From the NCBI RefSeq assembly GCF_026571515.1, contig NW_026862005.1:124001-188000 (forward strand): a DNA stretch of 64,000 bases, written 5' to 3'. Source of the DNA: Ruditapes philippinarum (Eukaryota). Of the stretch, positions 49,301 through 62,020 are shown piece by piece. Position 1 is the stretch's first letter. Each line of letters begins with the position of its first letter. The notes beneath the pieces were generated by a model. That model was not told the origin of the DNA and searched no databases. It saw only the letters and a list, made by a program, of their open reading frames with translations. Both the position numbers and the translations under genes were made by a program.

Positions 49301-52300
49301 TTATACTCCATCTGAGAGTATTGTCGTACCAAACATATTCATTTGGGTGATCTAATATCGCATTTTCAATGAAAGATTTTAGATGTCGTTAGAGATTTTA
49401 ATCGCTTATTAGAAGGGTACCGTATGAGTGCTAAACAGAATTGCATACCTCGTTGGTGAAACTGATCTAGTAATTTTGCATCATCTTGTACTTTTTGCTC
49501 TGTTTTCACCGGTTCGAATTTTAGCGGCGTCTAATAAAAGAACCAAAGTTATACGCACCACTTTTTAATGTTTCGGAATATGCAAAGAGAAAACAGGTGA
49601 TTATGTAAGTCGTGGAAAATTATTTAAGTTAAAAAACGCAATAATTTAAGTTTACGTTTCACTTACGATTCTTTATGATATTTTGATATCATTTTATCAC
49701 GTTAGGTGCGCTAAACAAAATGTAGGTTTAATGATGTACTAAAGGCACTGTAACTAGGTATATGTCAATGGACCGCTTGTAGGTAACTGAGCTTCAAGTT
49801 TGTACTGAGACCGTACAAAATAAAAGAATCCGAGTAAATTTAAATCATTTGGGAATTGGACATCGTTTTAAACGTAAGGATTGATCGATTAACGTTTCAT
49901 TATCTATCGTTTGCGACCAATTCCAGATCATTTATTCGCTAAAGGTCGAATATTACAATTTCTTAAAACTGGAATTTTTTTCTCAAGTGAAGTAACTCGG
50001 TGGTTGATACAAAGTTTAACAAATGCTTCACAAATTCGCCTCTGGTCCAGAATTATTACGTTTTTGCTTAATAGCACTGAAGACTTCTTTACACTAATAA
50101 TTGAATCATGAGTCAGCATATAAATTCCGGCGAGTTTTAGTGATGTTAAACAACATTAAACACATTAGAAATTTTATCGATGAAGAACGTGAACATCAAT
50201 CTAGTTTAAAGCTTATTGTTTTGGGATTTTTTATGACATAAATAAAGGGATTGTACTGTGGTGCATTCATACTGAGACTAAGTTAATGTTATAGAATATG
50301 AACCAGACAAAAAGATGATTAAGCCAATGCATCGTAACAAGAAAGTGTATCAAAATATAAAGAGTAAATATCGGTTCAAAAGTACATTAGTTATTTTTAT
50401 TATTATATTTTTATCCTACAAACTATCATCATAATTTACTTTAATCCAAAAATTTGGAGCATTTTTTTTCCAGAAATGAAAATCATTGAAACTGATAATT
50501 TTGTACATGTTTCCATTGTCTTGACCTAATTTGTTTGAACCCTACCTACAAAAACAATTGTTTCGAAAAATAAACTAATCATAATCGGACAGAAAATTCA
50601 TTGTTATTGTAAGTCTTTAAAACCATCGTTGCCATTAAGTGAAATTTATACATAAAAAACCTCGTTTTAGTATGAATAATTTAATGGAAAGCCAGAAAGT
50701 CTGAAACCCAGTATTGTTATAATTGTAAGCAGATATGTTAATGTTTATTTGTATGTAATTGTAAGTAATCATAATTGTATTGTAAGTCTTTAAAGGCATC
50801 GTTGTCATCAAGAGAAATATTTCAAATAAAACTCTTCAAAATGTCAGTACAAAATTGGGAAAATAACATTTTATTGCATAGAATTTTACGTATTAAACTT
50901 CAATCAAATTCCAATCGTTTTTACGAGGACCTCATATTATCTGCAAGTTTTTCCCCTCTTTTAAAGATTATCAGAAAAATTTCACTACGCAATTCACAGC
51001 TAGAGAGAACAATGTGGGGGATGGATAAAGTTCAAACCGCTGAGACTTGAAGAACTTGACTGTTACTTTTTAATATTATCGTGTGAATATATAACATATT
51101 CATTGCATGTTTCCGTTTGTTTTTTTCTTTTGTGTGATATAACTGGTTTTGGTGTTGTTGTTTTATCATTCAGATTCAATTCGAACAACTTAAAAACATG
51201 CTGTATTTTAAAAGAAAACAAGCTTAAAATGAAACATTTTTAGACGAATGGAAATAAAATGTATTTATGGACAATCCCTTTGGAGCTTTTTAGACAAATG
51301 ACAAACGAGTTATATGGCATAGCCATATATCATGCATAGCCAACTAGAGCTTGTATTGGAAATTCGAGATTAACGTGCTAAAATTATTGATCTCCTCTTG
51401 ACGCCATCTTGGTTTTGAATGTTTGACGGGTTGCAGAACTTTGACCGGAAGTACTTATCGGGTGGTACTCAAAATGTATGATTCGCCATCTGCTCGTGTA
51501 AACAATATGTGACACATTGTCATTATTTTAGATTACATCGCTGACTTAGCAATTATCCGCCAAGTGAGAATTACTGCTTGATTATAAGATGTATTTATAA
51601 GATCTTTAACCATTATACAGTTAAATAGACGTGTTCCTCTTTCAATGTTGATAGACAAATTTTGATATATCTATTGGCTGAAAAGAGAAACAGTGCACCG
51701 AACATGTTAACACGGCACGGATGTGTCAATCTGTTGGCCCGTTTTGTTTATTTTGTTTTGGTGTGTTCATTTTTGCTTTATAACCCATCATTAATGGATT
51801 TATAGATAACTCTTTTTGGCTTATAAGTAATCAAAACTGCTTTTTAATAGACGAAAGACATTCGTGTTAGGTATTTTTAACGCTCCTTGGATTTTTGTTT
51901 TTGTTTTGCAAACGTTCATCCATTTATTTCTTAATTTAAAAATCTTATTTTGATATTTTCTATTGTAAAAACACTGATCTTATTATAAAGGCGCGTGTTT
52001 CGGTAACTATTTCTGGTACTTTGATGCCAACAACGTAATATGGACTTTCTTTAATATTGCTTGTCTGAAATAATGGTGCCTAAAAACTAATTTGAAGATG
52101 ATTAAAGTAGTACCGAACAGTCGCCGTTGCAAAATTACAAATGTATTGATTTCATAACACCCTTTGCATTATTACATTTTATCTTTTGATTGTATTTTGA
52201 TTTTGTTTATGTTGTTTATTTGATGTAAATACAAAACGATGTTATGCGCAAAATAAATAACCCTAAAGCCATTAAATTAACCAAAATGGACAACCAAGCC

Positions 52301-55300
52301 AATTAAATACATTTGTACACCATGACAAAATGTGAAAATTCTTTAAAATTACATACTAACTAACAGACTGTGGACACGGCGCGTTGTTACTTTTGTTACT
52401 TAGACACTCAAGTGTTATATTTTCTACTACATTTCACTGCCTTTCTGTATTGAAACTGACATGGATATTCATTATGGCAACATCTTATGGAGTAATGAGC
52501 AATTTTCGTACAATCTATTTGCATTTCTTTTGTGTGGACACCCACTGATGTTGGAAAGAAAACTCTTAGCTTTAATGAGAAAATAACAAATAATGACACA
52601 TTTTCAAGTATAACATAATATGAATATATGGTTAAAAGGAAAGCATGTCTAAGAAATGTTTTAATAGTGTCCCGTCTTCTAAACCTTTCAACGTCATTTT
52701 TTATTTGTTTCCTAATAAAACTTGTTTCGTTCAGTCTTAGGGGTATTTCTAGTGTAATTTTTCATTATGTTTATTTGTTTGGGCGTGGCGCCCATTTATA
52801 ACTGCATTTCATTCGCATATCGCCGAGCAATTATTAAAAAAAAACAACATCTTCTTTTAATAATTTTAGTTAGGGAAATTGATTCACTGCTTTTTCGGAG
52901 GCAATTGTCAATATCGGGATGAAATGACTTATTGTGTATTAAAATTATGGGAAATTTAGTCACAGTGTCCAACATTTAATTGTAGTTATAGACGTTACCA
53001 AGAAGCCGAATACAGAAAACAGAACCCCCGAAGACCCACCCCCCCCCCCTAAAAAATAAATGAAAAAAAATTTAATGAAATAAACAAATTACAAAATAAA
53101 TACATAAAATCGGCAAAATTGAATATCTTACGCGCTTGGTTTAATTGAGTCGGCGTCTACTCATGGGTGGTAGTGGTGATTGCAAGATAGAGTTCATGAC
53201 CCCTCCCTAGCACCGGCTTTGATACAATTTAATATTTACACATCAAATGATGATCTTTTTAAATCAAAATACATCACGCGGAGGAGATTAAGAAATCAAT
53301 GGTCCTTGTATCTTATACACATTCCTACTTTATTCTGCCAATAGCTATTACCAAAAACTCTTGAAATCTTTGACAGACAGATTTTATGTTACAAAAAAAA
53401 ATATGTCACGCGATAGTCACATTTTGAATGAAAAGAATGAACAAATTAAAGACAACAAGTGTGCGTGCGTGTGACTCTTGAATTGAGCAAACATAAAACT
53501 TGAAGGTCGGAAGGTTTTAACTCTTTCATTGGCAACGGTTCAAATGATAGTTCTTAAATCACCTTTATATAGCCAGGAAAATAAAACAAGCACATCCTTA
53601 AATGTTCTTCTTTTTTAATAGTTTTATTAAATTTAAGTAATAGGATGTCTCAAAATATTCAATTTACAGAAAAGTCAACTAAAGTCTTCGGAATTTGCAA
53701 TTTTCATATACTAGTATACCGGGTAGTCGGCGGTGGTGTGCTTTTTCACTCCAGATCACGGCAGCGAGCTCGTTCCTGGTAATCAAATTTAATACCAAAT
53801 ATGTACTGTCTAAAGATTAAATATCCAAGACATAATGTTAGGATCTAACATGAGTTGACGTTCCATACAGACATCTTTTAAATTGGTCTAAGAAGTATTC
53901 AAAAGCGTAATAATAATTTCCGGTCAATTTTATTTTAAGTATATCTGAAAGGGCAATACGTGTTGGATTGGTTTTAATACAAATGTTGATATTAATATTG
54001 TTCTGGACCTTGGGGATTATAGTTTTACTTAGTAATTTAAGGAATTAATCGTGAATACAGTTTTAGGCGGTGCCAAGGGGCGTGGGGGATGTTCCATTTT
54101 CTATGACCTCCCATGGACCAACTCAATAAAAATGTCTATAGATAACAATTATGAATTATGTCTTAATCATTTAATATTTTCAAACCTAAACTAGTTAATT
54201 GTTCCACATCGCAGGTGAAAGTGAAAAAAATATACGCAAGCCAACGCCTATTTGAACACCTTTCATTACTCTTGAGAGTTTATGACGCAATGACCACCAC
54301 ACTTAGGAAACAAAGGTTAAAATATATAAACATGTAAACAATGTACAGACGGCAAAACATCGAGGTAATGTAATTAAAATTAATTTTCCTGGATCTGTGT
54401 TAGAAGAACAAGGTACAGTTTGCTTTTCCATGCTGATTTTAGCCGAGGTCAAATAGCTCAAATTAATTACACCATTTGTTGTCGCACCTGGAAGCTAATT
54501 CAATAAAGACGAAGTTCAGTGAGTGTGTACCCTGTAGAAATATTACGTCTTTGGTTTGTTTACTTTCCTTTCTTTTACGTCATGTTTTACAAAAGTGTAC
54601 TTAAATATAGTTTTTCGACGTAAGTTTTACCAATTATTTCAATGGAAAAGATGTGTGAATTTATATAAGTATGCAGTTTGGGCTATATTCAAAAGGTCTA
54701 TGAATACATGTTTATGCAAAACTTTACTTTTTATGTCTAAACTATCTTATAACGGGTTATCTTATTAAATTTTAGCGTTCTTTCTGAAATCTGTGGATTG
54801 TGAAATTATTGTTTCTATTGTGATTATTCCTGTGTCAGAATATTTAATAATCAAAAGCGAGTGGGCATGCTTGAAATCATCACCAACCCTACTTAATGCA
54901 GCCGCTTTAATATTTTGTCCCGGAACATTTTATTCCATTTACGTATAACGTTCTGTATGCTAAATTAATTAAAAATACATCATATGTTACAAATTGTTTA
55001 ATAAGTCACTATAAGGATGTGTAAGCAACACAAATCTTCAGTTATTTAAAATTTTGATAAAATATTTCACCATATTTAACTTTATACACTGTTACCTTGA
55101 AATTTGATATATTTACTTTCATTATCTGAAATGACATTTGTTGCGATGTGGCGCGTATGAATACGAAATATAACATCAACAAATAACAGGAGAAACAAAC
55201 GATACATCAGAAGATCATTTTCATGAACTATTTTATATAAATAGGAACCGAACTTTGTTCTCTAACGAGTGATTGGGGAATCTCAAATCACTTTAATTCC

Positions 55301-57049
55301 AAGTATCTCATTCACTTTTATAGATGCATACAAAACAAAAGTCAGAAGTCATCTCTACAGATTTACAAATCTAAACCAAATTCCTCTTGAACATTTCAAA
55401 ATAGAATTTGGCTCACAGTTCTAATACCCAGCGGAGCACTGTTATCTAATTAGAACACTGTAGTGCGTGTGAAATATCTTATTAGGTTATTGCAGACTAA
55501 GATCATTTAGAATAATCCAAACCTAATACTCCCCTGATTTCCTAGCATTAAGACACTTAAGCTTTGCGAGTCTGTGTGTAACTTGTTGATTAGATAAGGT
55601 TGCAGAACAGTCTGCTGTGTCACACTGGTTGAAGTACTTCCTTAGCAACCACGTCCCTGACTTAAAATTCCTCTCGTTTCTTTACTTATTCACACACAAA
55701 GAAATAAGGAAATGGAATGAGTTTCGTTGCAAAAAAGTTATGTGCTTTTATAATTACATTTTTAATCATCAAATAAAAAATTGACAATATCATAGTCTGG
55801 GTTTTGTGCATTTCGTTTGCTTTGTGTAATTTGATTTAATTTTTGGCAAAAAAAGTGAAATATATGCCTTAACTTATTTGAAAAAAAATCTATTTAATTT
55901 ATAACAAAGTTAGAACTTAGCTAATTGTTTATTCGTATTATTTCAGTAAATGTATTAGTACAACATAAGGACATTTACAATTATTTAAACTAATATGAAA
56001 CTTTTCTGTTTATTTATAGAACTTTTATTTATCATGTTGCTCAATAATTATGCATATCAGTTACCCTATGACTTTGTCGGTCATTAACATTCGCTTTGAT
56101 ACTATTTCTTTCTCTCGTTTCTTATTTAATGTATATTCCCCTGTAAAGACGGTCATTACCATATTTCAATGTGTCGCCAATGACCAAATACGTTTCTAAC
56201 ATTATCCGCTTGACATACGTTCTTGTCAAAGTATATAAGTGTTGGAGTTGTAAATGCACTCCAAGTTAATATACCAATCTAAGAAGACGGTACTGGATTA
56301 CCACATGTTGAATGTCATATATAAAGAGAGAGAAAAGAAACATTATAATCACTAAACCCCTTATAATAGGTGAATAAGAGAAATAACGTCACCAAAGTAG
56401 ATATGAGATAGTCATGAATAAGAGAAACAAAATGTCACCGAAGAAGAAATTAGAGTATATATGCGTATTAGAATACCATAATCTATTGCGATGCATTTCA
56501 ATCATAATCATAGCTGATCTGTATTGTTTAAGTTTTAACAAGCAATTTATCTCAGGTGGACCTGTGCATCTTTCAATCTTGGAAAAGACCATCTATCTAT
56601 CTTTTAAGCGAAAATTGTAATATATGTATTGTCTGAATAGCGAACACAGATTTGCAGATTGAGTTTGTCCTCAACTTGTCACATGACTAGATTCTGTAGC
56701 CGCCTGCATGTTAATGGTTAGAATGATATGCATGTTAATAAGAATATTTGTTAACATTAAAGATTAAAAAAGAAGAAAGACGACAGAGCCTAGTGTTCAT
56801 TATCGATATATATATTCTTTTATCAAAACCAATGCTGCAGAGCAACTGTCCGGTTAGCTCAATAGGTAGAGCGTTGGACTAAATATGATATCTAACATAG
56901 TTTAGAAAACTTACAATTTATTACATCCATATGCATACTAAACCATTAATGTAATAGTACAATAAAGGATTTTAAATGGCTCGTTAATTTGTTACGTCAT
57001 AACCTGATTTTCGAAAATGTTAATCTTGTTTTTATTGTTGTTTTCAGAG

Positions 57050-57144
57050 ATGTTAAAGACATACGTAACTTCAGTGGTTTTGGTTATAGCTTTGGGATTG
57101 ACGACAATCACCTCTGCTAGATATTTACAGGATACAGACGACAG
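57050..57144 (+). CDS. PTH-like precursor coding exon 1 (signal peptide)
   Basis: ttgttgttttcAG acceptor at 57046-57047, ATG at 57050, hydrophobic core VVLVIALGL ending TSA, donor AG|GTATG. Confidence 0.88.
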
Positions 57145-60100
57145 GTATGCCCGACCTTGACCTAATTGTTATATCTATTTATAACGTTTATCAATTTGCA
57201 TCTAATTATAATTTTTATTAATTCTTATAAATGGCGCAGTCCAAAAGTTAGAAATAGTAACCGATTAAATATTTCATGTTTACCAGTTGAAGACTGTGAC
57301 ATCAAGTTGTTTTAACTTGTAAAGATATACATCAAAAGTTTATTAAGACCCCATACGTTTTTTTTTTAATTTTCCAAAGGTAGTATTTTAAAATTACATT
57401 TACATCAAGTTTTATGTGACAGTCATTCTAGATAGATTCGAACCACCATTGATGAAGCGTCTGTTATGTAAATTACATAAGAATATGTAAATGGAAATAC
57501 AATATACAAGAAAGATGTGTTTTGAAAATAAGTATCTTTGTGACACTTGAACTGTTAACAATAATTACTTTCCAATCCATTTTGGTCATATGATTCTTAA
57601 ATGCCATTTCTGTTTAAACATTCATAAACGTTTCTGCCGAATTCCTTTTATGTAAAAATATTTAAATATTGATTTTAAAATAATAAAAAAAATGTTACGA
57701 ATTTGTACTGAATATTGTTTTATTTATATAAAGGTCTTTAGTTGAAACGGTCTTTTCGAATTTAATTCAAGCGGCTTTTTTAATTAAAGGCCATGTCTTT
57801 CAAGTAATACAGAATATACTAAATTGATGAACTGTTTTTCAGAGATAAACGACAAATTGGTGACTTACGCACAGCCGAGTATCTTGCTCGTATCACGCTT
57901 GATAAAAACAAATTGCTACGCTATCTTCAAATGCCATCACATTGCGCTGATATTGCTTGCGGTCTAGTTGACGTTTTTGAAAGGTACAGGCGATGACATT
58001 GGGTGTGGTCAAATATATTTGCCGGTGCCACATGGTTGCATATTGCGATTTTACCTTTGCACTGCATGCGTTACATAAGAGAATGTGCATGATAGACCGA
58101 ATATTTATCTTATATGAATATATTACCTTAAGCATGATTTTTTTTATTTAAATAACTCATTTGCATGCGTCACCTGTAGCATCCGTTGATTATCAAAACA
58201 TTGGCATAATTAATACTGTTACAGTCTTATCCTTAAATCATAACACCACAATGGTCGAATAATTCCTTCATACAGTGAATGACAAAGCCATATTTTAGAA
58301 ATGGAACACCAGCATAAAAGTATATTGAATTGCTTTTTACAGATTTGTAGATTAATTGAAGATAAAAAAACACAAGCTTGAAGAATGATTGAGTACGATA
58401 TTATATCGAAATTCAGTTATAACACAAAAGTCTGTCTGATGATGTATTTTTTAAGGTCAAGCCTAGACTTTTATAAAGGCAAGTGCACCATCGCTGCAAC
58501 GCATTGGCTTAATTGGCCATTTATGTCATAATAGCTTTATTTCTCACATAAAAATATTGTTCTCAATTCAAACAGTCACATAGGGACCCATTAAAGATCG
58601 CGCAACATATTAAGAAAATTGAAAATGTTGCAGACATACAAACATTTATATACATTTTTTAAGAATAAATGCCTTTCCACTCGAATAAGAAAGCTAGATT
58701 CGTTTAAAGATTTGAGTTTTACAGTCTAATGCTCTGAAAATATCTTAAAACATGATAAAAGTATAAACCAATTTTTCAGGAAAAGTTGAACAATCTCCCA
58801 CTGCGCGATGCGAACAGCTTTTTGTCTCTTCTTTATCAACGTGCTGTCTCCAAGGCGACGGCACAATATAAATAAATACATATATTGTTTCTTGCATGCG
58901 TTTTCTTTATTTCATTCATGACAGGAAAACGGTCAAGGCTACTGAATAAAACCCATTTAACTTTTTTGCATGCTTTTTTGTGCAGTTTTGTAACGGAAGT
59001 AGATGAAACTTGTATAATGCATTATACTTTATATTATGTTTTGTTTATGACCTTCATATATATTTATTTAATATAATTATATATATAACCACCATGTTAT
59101 ATAACCTTTGATTTTAAAAGTATGGTGAAGCGGACAATGTCGGATCAGAGGATCGCCGAAATCCAGGCTCTTATTGCCCTCAACAGAGGCCTAGGTGTAC
59201 CAGTAGGTCACGGACTATTTGACCCGAATTATATGTACGTATATAGTGACATCATATGTTTATAACGTTTCAATTGGCCAGTTTCGACATTTAGTTAACT
59301 GTGATCTATATGCTGTTTTTTATCACTTTTAAGATGATTTAAGTACGGAGAGAATTGATTTTAATCAAAAGAGAGATCCTACACGTGAAAATATGAAATA
59401 CAGTAATAGCGTCTTACAATGTTTTGATTCCTTTGATATTATTTTATTGTCGTCTGCTTCGAAATCACATTTACTCCTTTTTCGGTGTTTCAAATTAACA
59501 TAATGTACATTATAATTATGATTATTTTATTTTTCAAAGTAAGTAAGGAATAATTAAATAGGTTAGGAAAAAAATGATGTCAGAGAATAATGCGCACAGC
59601 AGGTACCCGCCATAAGTAATTGCTTTCGTCATCATAAAATATCGGTTCAACCTTTTCAAAATGAGGACTCTCTTGACGGATGGGATAATAAAACATTGTC
59701 ATTTTTCATATTATAAATAACTTTTTTCTTATCATATTTGGTAGAGGTTGACGCGAAAGATGAAACAAATCATCCTTCTTTATTTTTTGTAACGTAATTT
59801 GAAACCTGCAAGGAAAATTGCATCTATTCAAATACGATAGGGACTTTTATCCCCTCACAGTAACGTATAAACTAATATGTCTACGATGTTAGAATATAGT
59901 CAATATACTGTTTTAGAAAAGGTATCAATCACGTGTTTTTTTCCCTAGACAACTTTTTTGCTGATTTATGAACCGATGTGTTTGTTATATCGCAAGTGTA
60001 AGCTTGTTAAGCTTATAAACGTGGTTTAGTATTCAAGAACGAATAGGTACTTATAAGAACATTTTCTATCTTAAAACGCAAAGCATGTTCCAATACTTTA

Positions 60101-62020
60101 TATCCGAGGTTATCGAAGATACACACGTTATTATAGCTAGAAATTTAAATTGCAAGAGACGTGATTTTTATTTATTTGTAATTAGGCCACTATCAAACAT
60201 AAGTCTTCAAAAATTAGTGTTTCACCAGAAATAAATGGCAAGAATCCGTACAAATTTCCACACAGACTGCGACAACTTAACAAGAATTCTTGAGAGCTTG
60301 CCTGCCACCAAGCTGGAAAATTTCGTCTCCAATTTCACGGAAATCCTTTATACACAAGAAAAAAATATTATCATGCTGTATGAATAATTGCCACCATGCG
60401 TGAAAGTCTGAAAAAAAGATAGGTCCATCTGTCCGTGACACATTGATTCATTTTAACGGATAACACTGCAATAAATAAAAACAATATAGGAAATGGCGAT
60501 AAAGAAGTTATTACGATACAAAACTAAATCATATTTCTAGGTTTTTTTAATTGAATATTTTATATATATTGGTATCAGTATCTGTTTAAGGAATGCCAAT
60601 TTCAACAGTACCACTTAAGGCGTCTGTGAAATTCATTAATTCCTATGTCACGTGATAATAAAATCTTTAGACAGTAACAGTAGTTAAAATTGAGATAGGT
60701 ATTTTCTACGCTAAATTTGTATCTTGAACACTTTGTGCACTTTATCACACGGGTGAGAAATGATATAATCAGGAAAACAATAATTGTATTATGAGCAAAA
60801 AGAAATTTTGAGATAAATTTATTGATAATTTTAGATAATTGACCAAAATGATGATGGTCTCCTTAACAAGTAAAGCAAATACCAAAAAAGATATATAGTA
60901 AACAATGAAAATGATATTTTCTGAACCGGTGTTTTTTTCCCCTTTTTTTAATTTCACTAAAGATACAGTGTTTCAGGTATAACAACCCATTCAAACACCC
61001 ACACATTCACACATTCACTCATATTGTTTTCATCATTAAATTACATTGTTTTCATCCAAAATTAATAGATTAAGTAAGAACTTGACATTCGGTGTATTTA
61101 TGTTTACAAATAAGCTAAATATTTTTTTATTTATATAATATTTTTAATAATTTGTAATTTATGTATACGTTATTGCACGAGCACATCAAATTTTTAAAAC
61201 GTATAACTTTGTTTATTTGTCAATTTCAAACACATACAAATTACGTGAATGGCATGTGTTGAATGTTAAATCCTATGCATGTTTATATACCCGTATATCA
61301 TTAGTTTTATCACATCAAATTTCATAATAAAATTTTAAAGGACATTTTGTGTCTGATTTTATTTTACAAATCTTGTTTATGTTATAAGACTTTATATTGT
61401 ATTCACTGAATTAAATATATGATATGTAATGTATATGAAATAATGATAAATATATGATACATTGGTCTACGTTTACAAAATAAATGTTAAAATGAATAAT
61501 ATGTATTATAAATGAAACGTCATATGTATCCAATTTAAGAGTATCATGTTTTATAAGAACACGTGAGTAAATTTCAACACGTTATAAATGCACAATATGA
61601 GAAAGATTCTTCACCTATTCCCTTTCATTTTCCAATTTTCTCAAGTTTTCTAAAGGATGGTAACATTTTAAAGTTCATTTACAATTTCAATTTTATACTA
61701 TCAAATACAATTTCATATCAAAATAATTTAGTGGTATATGAAGAAACAATGTCGTGGTTTCTTCTTGCTGTTTAGTTATGTATATATTTGTCAACCAACA
61801 AAACAATTATGAATTATCATAACTAAAAACGCCTTTGTATCACTTTGATACTTTCATATCTTCAATATATACTTTATCTTATTGAAACACTTATGTACAT
61901 TTTAGCGGCAAGCGCAAGAAAAGATCTCTGGACTCGGTGTTTAATGGCCTAAGTGATGAGCAGAAATACAGATTATCAAACATTTTACTTTCTTCTGCAA
62001 GAGATGACCAATATTCATAA
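57050..62020 (+). CDS. Parathyroid-hormone-like neuropeptide precursor (iPTH / PXXXamide family), 107 aa; join(57050..57144,59121..59234,61906..62020)
   Basis: Splices to MLKTYVTSVVLVIALGLTTITSA-RYLQDTDDSMV-KR-TMSDQRIAEIQALIALNRGLGVPVGHGLFDPNYI-G-KRKKR-SLDSVFNGLSDEQKYRLSNILLSSARDDQYS*. It has a signal peptide, dibasic sites, an amidation Gly, and the DQRxAE..ALI / GxG..DPxxIG family motifs. Both introns are GT-AG, phase 2. Confidence 0.9.
59121..59234 (+). CDS. PTH-like precursor coding exon 2 (mature peptide)
   Basis: AG at 59119-59120; GC-rich island encoding KR-TMSDQRIAEIQALIALNRGLGVPVGHGLFDPNY; donor GTACGT at 59235. Confidence 0.92.
61906..62020 (+). CDS. PTH-like precursor coding exon 3 (G-KRKKR + C-terminal peptide)
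   Basis: ttttAG at 61904-61905; completes the Ile codon, then GKRKKR; TAA at 62018-62020. Confidence 0.88.

Noticed and set aside
56848-56882. tRNA gene (GTCCGGTTAGCTCAATAGGTAGAGCGTTGGACTA)
   Set aside because: Only a 5' half with an A-box; no T-arm or acceptor-stem partner, so probably a truncated SINE head
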